Below are positions 23,704 to 24,000 of a stretch of 24,000 nt of DNA, piece after piece. The notes below the pieces were generated by a model that saw nothing but the letters and a program-made list of their open reading frames with translations, ran no database searches and was not told the origin of the DNA. Source of the stretch: Salmonella phage DaR-2019b; sequence record MK965970.1, one strand, 5' to 3'. Made by a program: the position numbers and the translations under genes. Every line of letters starts with the position of its first letter. Positions within the stretch are counted from its first letter, which is position 1.

Positions 23704-23724
23704 AGACCTTGTGAGATAAGGTCT
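23704..23724 (+). repeat. Perfect 7-bp inverted repeat
   Basis: AGACCTT-GTGAGAT-AAGGTCT. Confidence 0.7.
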
Positions 23725-24000
23725 GTAAAGATATTCCTGTTAAGTTTGTTAAAACAGTCTATATAGAGGCTTAGTAATACCTAGTGAACACCTATAGAGG
23801 GTATCATAGGTAACCTAGAGATTAAGAGGTGTATAGGAGCTTCTAAGAGGGTGTAGAGAGATGGTTAAGGTGATTGTATAGGTTATTAAGAAGGCTTGTT
23901 AGAAGAGTGTTTAGATGGCTATTTAGAAGGGTTATACAGAGGGCTATTAAGACCACTAGATAGTTACTAAGATACTATATAGTACTATATAACTATATAG

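Noticed and set aside
22546-24000. tRNA genes in the non-coding tail
   Set aside because: No convincing cloverleaf or GGTTCRANYCC T-arm was seen by eye; tRNAscan-SE/ARAGORN would be decisive.

Overview
Single-direction (+ strand) segment of a tailed dsDNA bacteriophage, probably infecting a gammaproteobacterium (host and genus not determinable from sequence alone). Positions 1-15.5 kb carry recognisable metabolic, lysis and takeover genes: 5'-truncated anaerobic NTP reductase nrdD, a free-standing HNH homing endonuclease, nrdG, a second HNH-like protein, adjacent Prs-like and NadV/Nampt-like genes (NAD+ salvage or NARP1-like), rIIA, rIIB, a lytic transglycosylase-like protein, a HAD-like phosphatase, overlapping i-/o-spanin-like genes, and a macro-domain protein. 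A different architecture runs from ~15.9 to 22.5 kb: about a dozen small, mostly unknown genes separated by 13 near-identical regulatory linkers. Each linker carries a sigma70-like promoter with a 17-nt spacer, a hairpin, and a conserved UCC(U)-UAAAYU-(A)GGA box containing the Shine-Dalgarno. Many linkers abut or overlap the upstream stop codon. One gene here looks like an ADP-ribosyltransferase fold. The last ~1.45 kb (22546-24000) has no credible ORF and is packed with short GTTA/TTAAC-core motifs at roughly 10-11 bp intervals, resembling an iteron/origin or other DNA-protein assembly site. The best candidates for something undescribed are the linker/cassette system, the phased-repeat region, and the set of NAD/ADP-ribose-related genes. 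All repeat, spacing and structure observations were made by eye, without software.
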